64,000 nt of DNA from Dictyostelium discoideum (GCA_000004695.1 CM000154.2:3360001-3424000), one strand, 5' to 3'; shown: positions 28,612-48,397, numbered from the stretch's first letter. A program made the numbers and translations. The notes: generated by a model not told the origin, from the sequence alone.

Positions 28612-29152
28612 AATTTTTTTTTTTTATTTTTAGAAAAAAAAAAAGTGATTAAAATTATTAAAAAAAAAAAAATTAAAAAAAATAATTAATATTTTTTTTT
28701 TTTTTTTTTTTTTAAAAATCAGAAATAATTGGGAACCTTGGAAAAAAAAATTCCTTAACACCTTTTAATAGATTTTATTTTGATTTCAAGACCAAATCAA
28801 AATAAAATAAATTAATTTATCTATTGACTTTTTTGGAAGTTGAAAAAGTGTTTTTTTTTTTTTTTTTTTAAATCAAAAATAGGAAATTTATGAAACCCTT
28901 TGTAAAAAAAAAATTTAAAAATAAAATTTATTCCTATAAAAAGATTTTGAGATTCCCTTTTTTTTTTTTATAACTATATATTTTTAAGAGTTTTTATAAT
29001 AATTATAATTATTATTAAATTTTTTATTAAAACTTTTTTTATTTTTTAAATTTAAATTTTTTTATTTTAAATTTAAATTAAATTTTTTTTAATTATTAAA
29101 TTTAAAATTTTTTTTTTTTTTTTTTTTATTTTTTCACTGAAAGATCATTAAA

Positions 29153-30022
29153 ATGAATCCATTAATTAAAACTGGACTTGAGTCCTTATTAAAAATTAAA
29201 ATTGACGAAAATCAAAATTCAAATTTAATTTCTTATAAAGATTATTCATCAATTATTCATGGTGTTAATCATGAACACAATCAAATAAATTTAAAAAATG
29301 AAGATAATCTCAATTCAAAAATGCTCATTGGTCCAGATAATATTACATTTTTCATAAGACATCTATCAGGAAGAACATATGAAATGAAATCAAATTTTAA
29401 ATGTTTAATTTCAGAAATTAAAAATTTATTTTTTAAAAATTTTGAAAATTCAATAAAACCAAGTGAAATGGTGTTAAATTATAACGGTCATAAATTAGAA
29501 AATAATAAACAACTTTGTGATTATAATATTAGAGATCATTCAACTTTAACTTTATATTTTGAAAATTCAACATATTCAATTGATAAAAATACTTTTGATC
29601 CCAGCTTCGATTATGATTTCACTTCAGTGGTCGATAAAGCAAACGCATTTGTTAGAGGTGGTCATTATTATCAAAGACCATGTGGATCATTTAGATTTGC
29701 ACTAAAAGTTTTGGGAAGATTTAATGAACCAATGGAAGAATGGTTAGGTCAAACAGGGAAGGAAGGAGGTTCGGAATGGGCAGTGTCATATCATAGTTCA
29801 TTAAATGAAGAAAATTGTCTTACAACACCAAGCTTTGAAGTGGCTAAAAAAAATGCCTTTACCTTCACATACAATGGTTTAAATTATTATCTACTATTCC
29901 AAAACAGAATTAATCCATCAACTTTTAAAAGAGAAGTAATTAAAAATGATGAGTATTGGAAATCACCAAACTCATCATCACAACATATAAGACCATACTC
30001 AATTTGTATTGGTAGAGTCTAA
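29153..30022 (+). CDS. Ubiquitin-like domain-containing protein (289 aa) with a C-terminal domain of unknown function.
   Basis: Residues ~60-140 (ITFFIRHLSGRTYEMKSNFKCLISEIKNLFFKNF...LNYNGHKLENNKQLCDYNIRDHSTLTLYF) have a ubiquitin beta-grasp pattern. The downstream block FVRGGHYYQRPCGSFRFALKV...EWAVSYHSS is uncharacterised. Confidence 0.45.
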   Translation: MNPLIKTGLESLLKIKIDENQNSNLISYKDYSSIIHGVNHEHNQINLKNEDNLNSKMLIGPDNITFFIRHLSGRTYEMKSNFKCLISEIKNLFFKNFENSIKPSEMVLNYNGHKLENNKQLCDYNIRDHSTLTLYFENSTYSIDKNTFDPSFDYDFTSVVDKANAFVRGGHYYQRPCGSFRFALKVLGRFNEPMEEWLGQTGKEGGSEWAVSYHSSLNEENCLTTPSFEVAKKNAFTFTYNGLNYYLLFQNRINPSTFKREVIKNDEYWKSPNSSSQHIRPYSICIGRV

Positions 30023-30165
30023 AAATGAATTATTATTATTCTTTTAAATTAAAATAATTAGTAAAAAAAAAAAAAATATATAAATAAATAAATAAAAAAG
30101 TATATTATCATTTTAGAAAATAATTATTATCAATCACAATTATATACATATTTATATATTTATTT

Positions 30166-33100
30166 TTAATCTTTCATTGAATTCATTGAAATTGACATTC
30201 TTTTCATTGATTTCTTCTCTTTTAATTTTCTATAATAAAAAATTGAAGATGCTGCTACTAATGTTGAACCTCCAACTACTGATACTACAACTATTACAGG
30301 TAATTTCCATTTATTTGAATCACAATTTGTATCTTCATCATCATCTTCTGGTCTTAATAATTGACCAAATGAAGGATCAATTATAGTTTTGCTTTTAAAA
30401 TGAGGTGATATAACACCTGTTCTTAATGTGAATTTTGAATTATCAATATCATCTGTTGAAGCACCAATGAAATTATAAATTTTACTATTATTCTGTTTAT
30501 CAATTTGTATTAATTCAGTTTGAGTAATTCTATCATCAATGATTGCACGTGATGCAAATTTACCAGTGAGAGAAGTTGAAAATGTTTGAATTTGATATTG
30601 ATTTTTTAAATATTTTGATTCTGTATCTATTGATTCACAATTATAAAATTCGGATGAATCAGTTTTTGATTTAAAAATTGTAACTAAATAATTTAATTCA
30701 CTTGAAAATTTCCAACCTAAAATAGTAGCTTGATATTTAATTGAATTTTCTGGCATGTATAATGTTTCACCAGCAAATTCGATTTCACCTTGATCAGAGA
30801 AATAATGAATTATCAATTCAAAAATTGTAGAATTATCACCTTGTTTATTAAAACTACCACTATAGAAATTTGATGAGTTTGATAAACCTGTTCTATTTGT
30901 CCATTCAATTTCTGATAATGATAAAAATCTAACTGGATTATCAGTAATATCCATTTCAACTAAATGAGTGATTGCAATTGTATAATTAATTTTTGAACCT
31001 GGGAATGTAGTTGAACCATTTTCATCAATAATTGGTGGTTCAGGTTGTGGTGGGTATTTTTCACTATCGATTGAACAATCTTGACCTCTCCAACCTTGAT
31101 AACATATACATTTTGGTAATTTCTTATTACAATCACCATTTCCTGAACAATTGTTTAATAGCTCACAATCATATAATGTTGAATAAACTAAACAATCATT
31201 CTCTCCACTGAGATCTGCGGAAATAACTTTTACATTTAAACCTTTTCTTTCGCTTGGTAATGGTATTGTTGATTGGTATTTACATTTTATAGTTGTTTGA
31301 TCGACGATTGAAACATTTTCACATTCTTGATCTTCAATGAAAACACTAGTATAATCAATTTTGAAATTTAAAACTGAAATTAAAAGATCAATTGGTTCAT
31401 TTAAATAAACTTGTGATAATACTTTTAATACAATTGGAGATTCATACTCTGATTGTAAAGAGTTTGATATGAGAGATGATTTTGAAATTGCAATAATTTC
31501 AAATTTTCCATAACCTGGTTGAATATCACATTCATATTCTGTACCCACAATCAAGGCTAAACAATTCAATAAGAATCCAATTGGAGAATTAATTGATGGA
31601 GTTTTAAAAGTATATTGAAATTGTAATGCTACAGCGTTATTGTTTGAATCTTCTTCAAATAAATAATTACCACTAATTGTTATTTTACTTGTACTATTAA
31701 ATGAAGATGCTATTGGTTTAATACTGAATAGAATTGGATAAATATCTAATAATAAAGAATTTGATTTCTGTGAATCAACAATAACATAGATATCACCATT
31801 TCTTGATTTACTTGTTAATAAATTAAATTCAATTCTATTACTATCGATTGATTTTATAGTTGGTTCATAACTTCCAAAAATTAGAGTTGTCAAAGTTTTA
31901 CTTAAATTTCTTCCAATGATTACAACTAAATCTTCAACTTGTGTAACTGATAATAACTCTGGTTTAAAGAATGAATAGATTACTTTATTTGATTTTAATT
32001 TATTTTGATTTTCAATTGCAATTGTATGATTTAACCCAAATCCACCGAAAATATGTAAAACAATTTCTTCTGGACTATTGATTGTATAATCTTGATCTTC
32101 TATCAATTCTATATTATTATCCCTTGATACTATTATTGGTTGTTCAAAATAACGACCGGTAATTGTCACATCACTAGTTTGTACTGTATCTAATAATTGA
32201 TTTGAAATTGATGAAATCCAAGGTTTTAATGCAACAGGAATACTTGGATAAATTTTATCACCTTGAGTAATTGTTAGAGTACCACTAATAACATTCAATG
32301 GTAAATTTGAACATCTAATTAATTCTTTACTACCTAAACAATAGGATGATATATTAACACTATCTAAAATAATTGATAAGGTTGTTGCATCTGGTAAATC
32401 TTTACCATTAATTAAAAGATCAGCTTTATCTTGATTAGTGTATAGGTCAGAATTAAAGTATTCTATTTGATATTGTGGTGTAATTGATGAAATACCGTCA
32501 ACAATAATCTCTAAATTATAAGTGTCTGGTGATAATGGTGGTGATAAACAACTAATTTTTTCATGATCTTCAATTATAGCTACATTTTTACAACTGACAT
32601 TAACATTATCTGATCCTCCAGTAATTAAAACTTGAATTAAGCTACTATCAATTCCAAAGTTTATACCAGAGATTGATAAAACTCCACCCACCTGAGCGAT
32701 ATTATTCGAATAAATTATTGATGGCTCTGCATATTTATAAATAGCGGTTGTACTTTGATTTGAAACTTTTAATGCAACAGGTATTGTACCTGAACCAACT
32801 GGTAATGTACAAGTATAACTCTTGTATGGAACTAAAACAGTGAGCAAACTACATGACTCGAATGTCAATAATGTATTTGAAAGTGTATTTGAAAAACTAC
32901 TACCTGTTATTGTGACAATTCCACCAGTAGTTGGTACTCTATTCATAGTAATTATTGTTGGTTCATTATATTTTACAAATTGAGAATTTGCAGTTGTATT
33001 TAATGTATCCACTCTAACAACAATTTCATATGGACCATCAAAACCAGCAGCAATTTGAACATCCAATTCACCATTGATATAATCTCTTTCAAAATCCACT

Positions 33101-34872
33101 GATTTTCCATTGAAAAATACTGTAATTTTACTAAAAATCGTACCATAGTTATCTATACCAATATCAACTTTACCACCAATTGTATCAACTGTGTTTACTT
33201 TATTTGGAGTTGTAAAAGATGGAGGTGTACCACCATATTCTGTCAATACACCAGTATAAGAAGATAGTGTCATATTTGTTAACTCTAATGTATCTAAATA
33301 AATTACAAATCTTGTATTCTCAGTCCAAGTTGCTTTTACAGCATCACCTCCAATAATTGATTTATACTTTAAAATACATGGTTTACCTTGATTAGGACCT
33401 GTGATATAAACAAAATTTCCATTACCCACATATTTTGCATTTTGCCATAATATCCATCTTGCATTACCATTTTGAACTGGTAATGTATTATTTGCAAACT
33501 GTATCAATGTATCATCATAAAGTGATCCCATATGACCAATTTGACCATCAATTCTTAAATTTGATGCATAATCAATCATTGAAGTTTCAAATGTTGCCCA
33601 AGCTAAAAAACCACTATAATAATAACCATTATAAACTATTTTTAAAAAATAATTAATTATTAATAAATAATATAAAAAAAAACTTTTTTTTTTTTTTTTT
33701 TTACTTACAAATTGCAGCTTTAAATGAAATAAAAGTATTTGTTGAAACTGTAATTGTAATTGGTAAAAATTTATTACCAGTTAAACTTTCTGATAAAACA
33801 CAAGTAAAAACTTCATGTGCTTGTGTGATAATAATATTATTACATGAAACTCCTGGTGCACCTAATGTTACTGTGATTTCTGAAGCAATAGTTCCAAAAT
33901 TTGCACCTGTAATACTTGCAGTACTACCTTTTGAAAATACTGGATAAACACCACCAATCATTGGTAGTTCATAATTCCAATAAATTGGAAAATTATTCTT
34001 TTTATTTTTACTATCTTTAATTGCAACTGTGAATTTGCCTTGACCTGGTGGAATTGCACATTCAACACTACCAGTATCGATTTGTTTTATAGTTGTACAT
34101 GAAAAAGTTTTTGAAGAATCTGCTCTATTTGTGAAAATTATTGATAATTGACTATCGATTGTGAATGAATTTAAATGTTTGATAATTACAGTTGAACCAG
34201 TGGTTGGTGATGGAGGAATATGTGGTTCTTCATAACCACCAAATTCACAAACATATTTATCTAATAATGCCAATGGACCATTGTTATTAATGTAAGGAAC
34301 TGTCACAGAACCAGAGGTATGCAACCAATGTTCATCTTTAATTAAATTTGGTTCTAAACTTCCAAATATACAAAAACTATAACATTTATCAAAATAAAGA
34401 TTATACATAAAATCATCTTCTTCTGGTGAACCTTTTGAATATTTCCAAACACCTGTTTTTTCTGCATCACTGCCTGATATCCACATACCAGATGTTGTAA
34501 AATTATTTGTTTTACCCCAATTCCATTCTTCTTCACTTGTATATGTTACTAAATAGCTAATTATTTAAAATTAAATTTTAATAATTTTATTAATTTTTTA
34601 AAATAATAAAAAAAAAAATACATGGAAAAAAAAAAAAAAAAAAGAAATAAATTAATTATTTACCCTTTAGTTCCATTATAAGAAAAACTGTTACAATAAT
34701 CGGTAGCATTTGGTCCAGTTATTTGTACGCCATAGGCAAGTTTATTATCAAAAACTTGGTAATAATGTTGGTTTTGAGGGTTTTTGGTGGGGTTTATTGG
34801 TTGTGGTGGTGTCAAACAAAATACACAACCAATAAAAATAAAAAAAAAAATTAAATGAAAAATATTTTTCAT
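30166..34872 (-). CDS. Large type I transmembrane receptor of the Dictyostelium Tgr/Tiger-like architecture: signal peptide, C-type lectin-like domain, multiple IPT/TIG (Ig-like) domains, EGF-like module, TM helix and a short cytoplasmic tail. 3 exons: 34664..34872, 33709..34556 and 30166..33635 (introns 34557..34663 and 33636..33708).
   Basis: Exon 1 signal peptide MKNIFHLIFFFIFIGCVFC, ending at gg|GTAAAT. Exon 2 carries lectin-like WNWGKTNNFTTSGMWISGSDAEKTGVWKYSKGSPEEDDF...C.F and ends at t|GTAAGT. Exon 3 carries repeated IPT/TIG-type blocks (ITG.NFG, SC.NV...EDHEKISC, TGRYF), EGF-like CSGNGDCNKKLPKCICYQGWRGQDCS, a TM segment LPVIVVVSVVGGSTLVAASSIFYY and a basic tail RKLKEKKSMKR. All splice phases are consistent. 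Exon 1 coordinates follow the ORF track; my own base indexing there is 1 nt off, see noticed_but_rejected. Confidence 0.7.
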
Positions 34873-36461
34873 TATTTATTTATATTTTTTTTTTTTATTT
34901 TTATTTCTTTATTTCTTTATTTTTATTTTAATTTTTTTTTTTTATTTTTTTATGAAATGAATAAAAAAAAATCATTTGGTTTCGAGAACCTAGATGAAAA
35001 AAAAAAAAAAAATAAAAAAATAAAAAATAAATAAAATTTAAACAAAATAAAAATCTGGTATTTTATTTTTAGTAGTTGGCAAGTCAGGTCGGAAGCAGTA
35101 AAAAAGATTTTTTTTTTTGATTTTTTTTTTTTTAAAAAATTGATTTTTTTTTTTTTTTTAAACCAAATCTACTTTTTATCTCATTGCAATCTATTTTAAA
35201 AAAAAAAATGAAAATTCAAATATTAAGATGCCACAGAATAATTAATAAATGTCTACACCAAAATTTAATGGAAAAAAAAAAAAAAAAAAAAAAAAATTAA
35301 ATAAATTAATTATTTGACATGTCTCTTAAAATTACCTGACCAATACTAATTTAGATTAAAAAAAAAAAAAATAAAAAAAAAAATAAATACCTATTTTTTA
35401 CGGTTTTGTAAAAAAATTTTTTTTTTTTATTCAAATTCCAAAACCCATAAAAAAAATAAAAAAAAAAAAAATAAAAAAAAAAAAAAATTATAAAAGATAT
35501 TTTTAATTTATAATATTTTAGAAGTTCCAATACCGCCTGGTGCTTGATATGCATTTTATTTTTTTTTTTTTTTTTTTTTATTTTTTTTTATTTTTTTTTT
35601 TAATGATCTTTTAATTTTGAGAAAAAAAAAAAAAATTTTTTTTTAAAATCTTTTTTTAAATATCTGTATCATATTCCATGAAATTTAAAAAGGGAAATTA
35701 AAAAAAACCACCAATATGTAAATCAAGGAAATATTCCATTTCTTCACTTTTATTTTTTTTATTTTTTTTATTTTTTTTTTTTTTTTTTAATCATTTTTTC
35801 ACTAACTTTTCTTTAAAAAAAAAATGGTAAATTATTCAATTATGGTTCAACTTTAGCAACTGAAAACAAAAAACCTATAAAATAACCTAAAAATCATAAA
35901 AGAAAATGATATAATCATCAAAATAATTAAATTTAATTTAATTAAATTTATTAAAATAAAATCACAACATACAATAAAATTCAATTTTTTATAATATTAT
36001 TTTAATTACCATCCACAATCAATTATCAATCTAATATCTCTAAAAACGAGTTTTTTTTTTTTTTTTTTTTTTTATTTTGATTTTTTTTTTTAGGATCTTG
36101 TGTGTGAGACAGTAAGTATTTTTTTACATGAGAGGTTGTTTTATTTCATTATTTTTTCTATTATTTGTTCTTATACAATTTTGTACACACACCCACTTTA
36201 TAATATTAACTTTTTACAATGTGTTCTTTTTTAGTCTTTTACTTGTATTTCTGTAATTAACCAAAGGTTTTTTTTTTTTTTTTTATTACATTTTTTTTTT
36301 TTTTTTTAAACATTTTTTTTTTTTTACTATAAATAATTTTTTTTTTTTTTTATTATTCATTCAACAAAATTTAATTTAATCAATTAAAGCAAAAAAAAAA
36401 AAAAAATTATTTAATTTTATTTATTTATTTATTTTAAAAAAAAAAAAGAAAAAAAAAGAAA

Positions 36462-36677
36462 ATGTTATTTGAAACTTTAAAAAGTCTTTCTCAACAAAAT
36501 GGTGGCCAATTCTCTGATGAACAATCATTTGAAAGTCCAATTTCATCATCATTTAATGGTCATTCAATGCCATTCGGTAGTCCATCATCAACAATGAGTT
36601 CATCCTATAAGGGTAATACCAATTCCTCAACCAAATCAAGCAGTGCCTTCTTTTCAAGACCATTTTATTCTGAATAA
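36462..36677 (+). CDS. Small Ser-rich ORF (71 aa), possibly a short protein-coding gene.
   Basis: ATG-initiated. Its codon usage (tcc, ggc, agc) is less AT-biased than the surrounding intergenic DNA. No similarity recognised. Confidence 0.25.
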   Translation: MLFETLKSLSQQNGGQFSDEQSFESPISSSFNGHSMPFGSPSSTMSSSYKGNTNSSTKSSSAFFSRPFYSE

Positions 36678-36877
36678 TTAATTTACTTAATTATTTTTAT
36701 TATTTTTTTAGAAAAAAAAAAAAATAATAATATACATGTACTACTACAATTTCTTCCTTTTTTATTTATTAAAAAACAAAAAAACAATTTAAAATAAAAG
36801 ATTTATTTTAATCACACACAAACAAATAATAATATCTATTTTTTTTTTTTTTTTTTCTCCAATATTAATATTTTATT

Positions 36878-39854
36878 TTATTTTTTACTTAATTGTTTTG
36901 CCATTTGAGAGAATGCTCTTGAACTCATCTCCATTTCAGATGTTTTTAATTCCAACTCTTTTAATTGATCACCTCTTTTCTCTAAAGCTTCTTTAGCTTT
37001 ATTTAATAAATCTGAAATTCCTGCTATTTGTTGTGAATGTGATGGTGTTGGAATTTTATTTCCATCCTCTGAGAAAATTCTATCCAAATTTGATTCAGTA
37101 GTTTGTTGAGATGGTTTTGATGAAAAGAAACTTGTAAATTTACTCTTACCTTTTGGTAATGGTGGCATTGGAATATTATCAACAAATAATGTTGGATATT
37201 GATTTAATTGATGACCACCATTATTCGAAATACAATATAATAAACTACTATTATTATTATCAATATATAAATAACCATTACTATATGATGGTGTAATTAT
37301 AAATTTAATTATATTATTATTTAATGAAGAAGAGGAAGAAGAGGAAGAAGAACATAATGTTGGTAATCTAATTATTGGTAATAAACTATTTGATTTTAAT
37401 TTATCTAAATTTATAGTATTATATAATTCAATTGATGAAGTTGAAGCATCTAATGAAATTAATACAGGTTTACCATCTGATTGAGTTGATAAATGTACTA
37501 AACCATCAATAAAATATTTATTTGAACCGTCATGTTTATTTAATCTCTTGTGTTGAATTATTTTATTACTACCAAATGAAACACTATAAATTGAGATCTC
37601 TTTGATTGTTGATACTATTAATGATATTTCTTCAATCATTGATTTAAATTCTTCACCACCACCACCACCACCACCACTGCCATTGCCACTACCGTTAATT
37701 CCTGTTGAATTTAATAAATCATTATTAAATATTTTTGAAAGTGTTGATATATCATTTAAATTTTCAATTGATTCAGCATCATCATGATTAATTGAACCAA
37801 AGAATAAGAATTGAATTGGATCACCTCTTTTATTTGTAAATAATAATGAACCAACTTGAACACCACTACCACTATTTGATAATTTAAATGATGATATGAT
37901 TTTCATAGTTTGTAAATCTAATACCATAATATTTGCATCACTTGTTCCTAAATAAACTATACTACTATCAATATCACTATTACGAATTGGATAAAAACAT
38001 AATGATATTGATGTTATTGCTGCTGATATTGTTGAATCTCCTATTACTGTTGAAGGTGTAGTTGTTGATACATTATTTGATGAAGGTGTTGTTGATATTG
38101 ATGTTGTTGTTGTTGTTGTTGTTGTTGTTGAACAATTACCAAAACTAAAAACTGCTAATGTATAAACTACTTGACTTGAAGGTATAGTTGGAACTCCATC
38201 AACCCCAACTTCTTTATTATTTACAATTGATACTATATAATGATAAACATTACCTAAATCCGTACCAATTAATATCCTAGTTGAATAACTACTTTTATAT
38301 GGATTCAAAGTAATAGATGTTATATTCTCGCCATTTCCCATTATGATTTTACCCATTAATTTAAAAACATCAAAAACTGCATTCGGTAATTGTTTATCTT
38401 CTTTAATCCCATCTTCTTCTTGTTGTTGATTTTGTTCTGTATTATTATTATTACTATTATTATTATTATTATTACTATTATTATTATAAATTAATGTATC
38501 AATTCTTTTTGAAAAATCAGAAATATGATAAATTAATAATTCTGAACTACTTGTGGAGATTGTTAATAATAAATTTGATACTGAGAATGAAATTGTAATT
38601 ATTTCAATTGTTTTTGTTGTTGTTGTTACTGAATTATTATTATTATTATTATTTATATTTAAAGTTCCAAGGTATAAAATATTCTTTGGATCACTTGAAT
38701 TCCAAAATTCTATAGTATTATCATAATGAACAGTTATCATTAATTGTTGAAATGGTAATGATGATACACCTGGTAATTTATTTAATGTTAAAGTTTCTGG
38801 ACCACCATTAATTGAACTTTTCATATTATTATTTGATTCAAATAATTGATAAATTAAATCAATGGTTTTTGAATCACATTGATAACTTTTCATTAATTTA
38901 ACTTTATTATTACTACTATTACAACTGAATGATTTTAAATTAATTTCATCACATGATATTGGATTTGAAAAGAATAATGTTTTTTGATCAATTTTTAATT
39001 CAAGTAATCTATTTGAACCATTTGATTCAATTAATAATAAAGATTCAACAAAACCATTATTATTATAGTAAGGTAATGTGGTAATTGGACAGTATGATAG
39101 TAAATTTGAAAATACTTGAACTGATGATAAATGATTTACATTCTTAAAATTATCACCTTTAATAAGTATTAATGATTTTATATTATCAATATTATTTACA
39201 CCTTTAAATAATATTAATTTCTTATTATTGGTATATAATATTTCTAATTGATCAATTGGATAATATTGTTGTTGTTGTGATTGTTGAGATTGTTGAGATT
39301 GTTGTTGTTGTTGTGATTTATAAATTAAAATTGAAGTTGAATTTTGAGTTGAATATTTTATTAAATGAATTTCACCATTTAAAAAGCCTGCTACAAATTT
39401 TGAACCATTTCTAGACCAACAAATCGATGTACAATAACCACATTTAATGAATGATTCAATTCGTTTTTCAATTTTTTTAGATTCTAAATTAAATATTAAT
39501 ATTAAACCATTGTTATAACCAACTAATAATTGATTTGCATTGATTGGATTAACTTTTAAACATGATGGTAATGCTATTGATTCATTACATTTAACGTCAA
39601 ATTCAGGTTGTTGCTGCTGTGAAGTTTGACCATTATGTTCATAATCATAAAGTTGGTATGATGATAAAAAGTTATTATGTATATTATAAGTTTGAATCAT
39701 TGAATCCTCAGTTGAAAAGAATAAATGCTTTAATCCATTGGATTGACATATTGATGTAATTCTAGTCTTATATAATAATATATTATTTAATTTCATTCTA
39801 TCATAATCCCATTTTTCAATTGATGAATCCGTAACAATTATAATGAATGGCTAA

Positions 39855-39945
<91 letters not shown>

Positions 39946-40525
39946 GAATATTTTTTTTTTTTTTTTTTTGTATTTATAACAATAAAAAAATATACTTACT
40001 GAATTTATTATAAAGTAAATCTTTTTAATCATTGATTTTGTATGAGCTTTTAAAGGAATTTCATAACCATTTTTACCAAATCTAAAATGGAATAATAATA
40101 ATATAATAAAATTAGTATAGGTTTTTTTTTTTTTTTTATTAAATTAAAGTGTGAATTGTTGTTGATAATATTTACATTTTAAAAGAACCATCATTAAACC
40201 CAATTGCACATAAATTCAAAACATTATCAAAGGCTAATGCACTTTTTGTCCCATTAATACCATTTATAAAAATCTATAAAAGAAGAAAAGTTGAAAAAAG
40301 TAAAAATGAAAAAAAATAAAGGAAAAAGTGTGAATAATTTTTTGTAAGTTTCCTTTTTTTTATTTTTTTTTTTTTTATTTTTTAATAATGACAAACATTT
40401 TTTCCAAATTCGTTGATGTCTTGTTTGTTTGGGGTTTTATTTGGAGTTGCTGGTTTTTTGAAAATATCTTCTTCGTCTTCATCTTCATCTTTAATAAATT
40501 TTTTAATTTTATTAAAAATTGACAT
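36878..40525 (-). CDS. Tomosyn/Lgl (lethal giant larvae, Sro7) family protein: WD40 beta-propeller body with a C-terminal R-SNARE-like motif. 4 exons: 40397..40525, 40176..40273, 40000..40081 and 36878..39850 (introns 40274..40396, 40082..40175 and 39851..39999).
   Basis: C-terminus DQLKELELKTSEMEMSSRAFSQMAKQL is a VAMP-type coiled-coil motif as in tomosyn. The spliced N-terminus ...INGTKSALAFDNVLNLCAIGFNDGSFKIFGKNGYEI matches the Lgl/tomosyn N-terminus (SALAFDPV..L.AIGT..G..K..G.PGVE). Donors are GTTTGT (exon 1, non-canonical), GTAAAT and GTAAGT. The last intron contains an (ATT)33 array. The exon-1 assignment (MSIFNKIKKFIKDEDEDEED...) is the least certain part. Confidence 0.7.
39851..39952. 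repeat. (ATT)n microsatellite of about 33 units inside tomosyn-like intron 3.
   Basis: Direct reading. Confidence 0.9.
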
Positions 40526-40779
40526 TTTTGTTTTTTATTAAAAATAGTTGTATTTCCAAAAAAATAAAAATAAAAAATAAAAAAAAAAACTATAAAAAAA
40601 AAAAAAAAAAATAAAAAATAAAAAAAAATGAAAAAAAAAAAATAAAAATAAAAAATGGGAACAGTTGTCAATTTCAAATAAAAAAAAAAATAAAAAAAAT
40701 AAAAAAAATTATAATTTTAGCTCTACCAAATAAAAATAAAAAAAAAATAAAATAAAAAAAGTTTTAAAATGACCCTCTA

Positions 40780-40925
40780 GTTCGATACTTGCTATGAATA
40801 ATCGATAGATAACATAAATCTATGATTATTATCAATAGTAACACACTTTCAATTCATTCATTTTAGTCGATAAAATAGTGAGAATCATTTTGCGCTGACG
40901 TATATAATTTTACTTTGAATTTTAA
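40780..40925. promoter_or_regulatory. Bidirectional promoter region between the divergent tomosyn-like (-) and med24 (+) genes. It contains a CRE-like TGACGTA and an adjacent TATATAA.
   Basis: A 150-bp segment of mixed base composition (GACCCTCTAGTTCGATACTTGC...GCGCTGACGTATATAATTTTAC) within a 780-bp A/T-rich spacer. TGACGT followed by TATA is a classic core promoter arrangement. Confidence 0.3.
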
Positions 40926-41081
40926 AAAAAAAAAAATAAAAAAAAAAAAAAAAAAATGAAAATAAAAATAAAAATAAAATAAAATAAAATTTTTTTATAA
41001 TTTTATGGATTAAATAATAAAAAAAATTTTATGTATGTGTTCCTCATAATATTTAAATAATATATCACCTTTACAAAAATT

Positions 41082-41116
<35 letters not shown>

Positions 41117-41304
41117 AGTTAATTTTTTTTTAAATTTTTTTTTTTTTTTTTGTTTTTTAAATTTTTTTTTTTTTAATTTTTTTATTTTTTTTATTTTTTT
41201 TTTTAAATTTTTTATTTTTTTTTTTTTTTCATATTTTGTTGAACCTCTTTAGAGAAAAAAAAAAAAAAAAATTAAAAAAATAAAAATCAACTCCATCTCA
41301 TCCG

Positions 41305-48014
<6,710 letters not shown>

Positions 48015-48397
48015 GTAATAGTTTCAAAAATAAATAAAAGAGAATAAATTTTAAATAAAAAAAAAATAAAAAAAAAAATTAACAAATCACTTTTGGAAAA
48101 TGTGATAATAATTATAATTATTATTATTTCTCTCTATCTTTTTTTTTTTTAAAAAAAAAAATAAAGTAATAATATTTATTAAGATTAATTTTGATTAAAT
48201 AATAATAATTTAATTATCTTCATTCTTAATTTTATCCCAAAAAAAAAAAAAAAAAAAAAAAAAAAATTATTGATTAATATATGTCGATATATTTTTAATA
48301 TTAAAAATAAAATATAAATTTATTAATATAAACTTTTTTAATTAGTGGTTGTTTTTTTAAACCAAATTGCTTGAAAATGTTAAAAATTCTTGTTTTA

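Noticed and set aside
34659-34872. Off-by-one between the ORF-track coordinates and my base indexing of exon 1 of the lectin/IPT receptor (an apparent extra T/A at ~34740, which would make the printed sequence frameshift relative to the track's translation).
   Set aside because: The track translation is internally consistent (213 nt) and flanking ORF coordinates match my indexing, so this is most likely my miscount of the printed text rather than a real frameshift or pseudogene. I used the track coordinates. Worth a quick recheck by re-translating 34660..34872.
34975-34992. Possible tRNA-like T-loop (GGTTTCGAGAACC) and the similar GTTCGATAC at 40790.
   Set aside because: There is no acceptor-stem or anticodon-arm complementarity and no flanking cloverleaf. 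I found no convincing tRNA or rRNA anywhere in the window.
36080-36290. GC-richer segment (GGATCTTGTGTGTGAGACAGTAAGTATTTTTTTACATGAGAGGTTG...CACACACCCAC) upstream of the small ORF at 36462, considered as a possible ncRNA.
   Set aside because: No recognisable RNA family motif or stable conserved structure is discernible by eye. More likely it is the promoter or 5' UTR of the 36462 ORF or of the divergent tomosyn gene's 3' region. Left uncalled.
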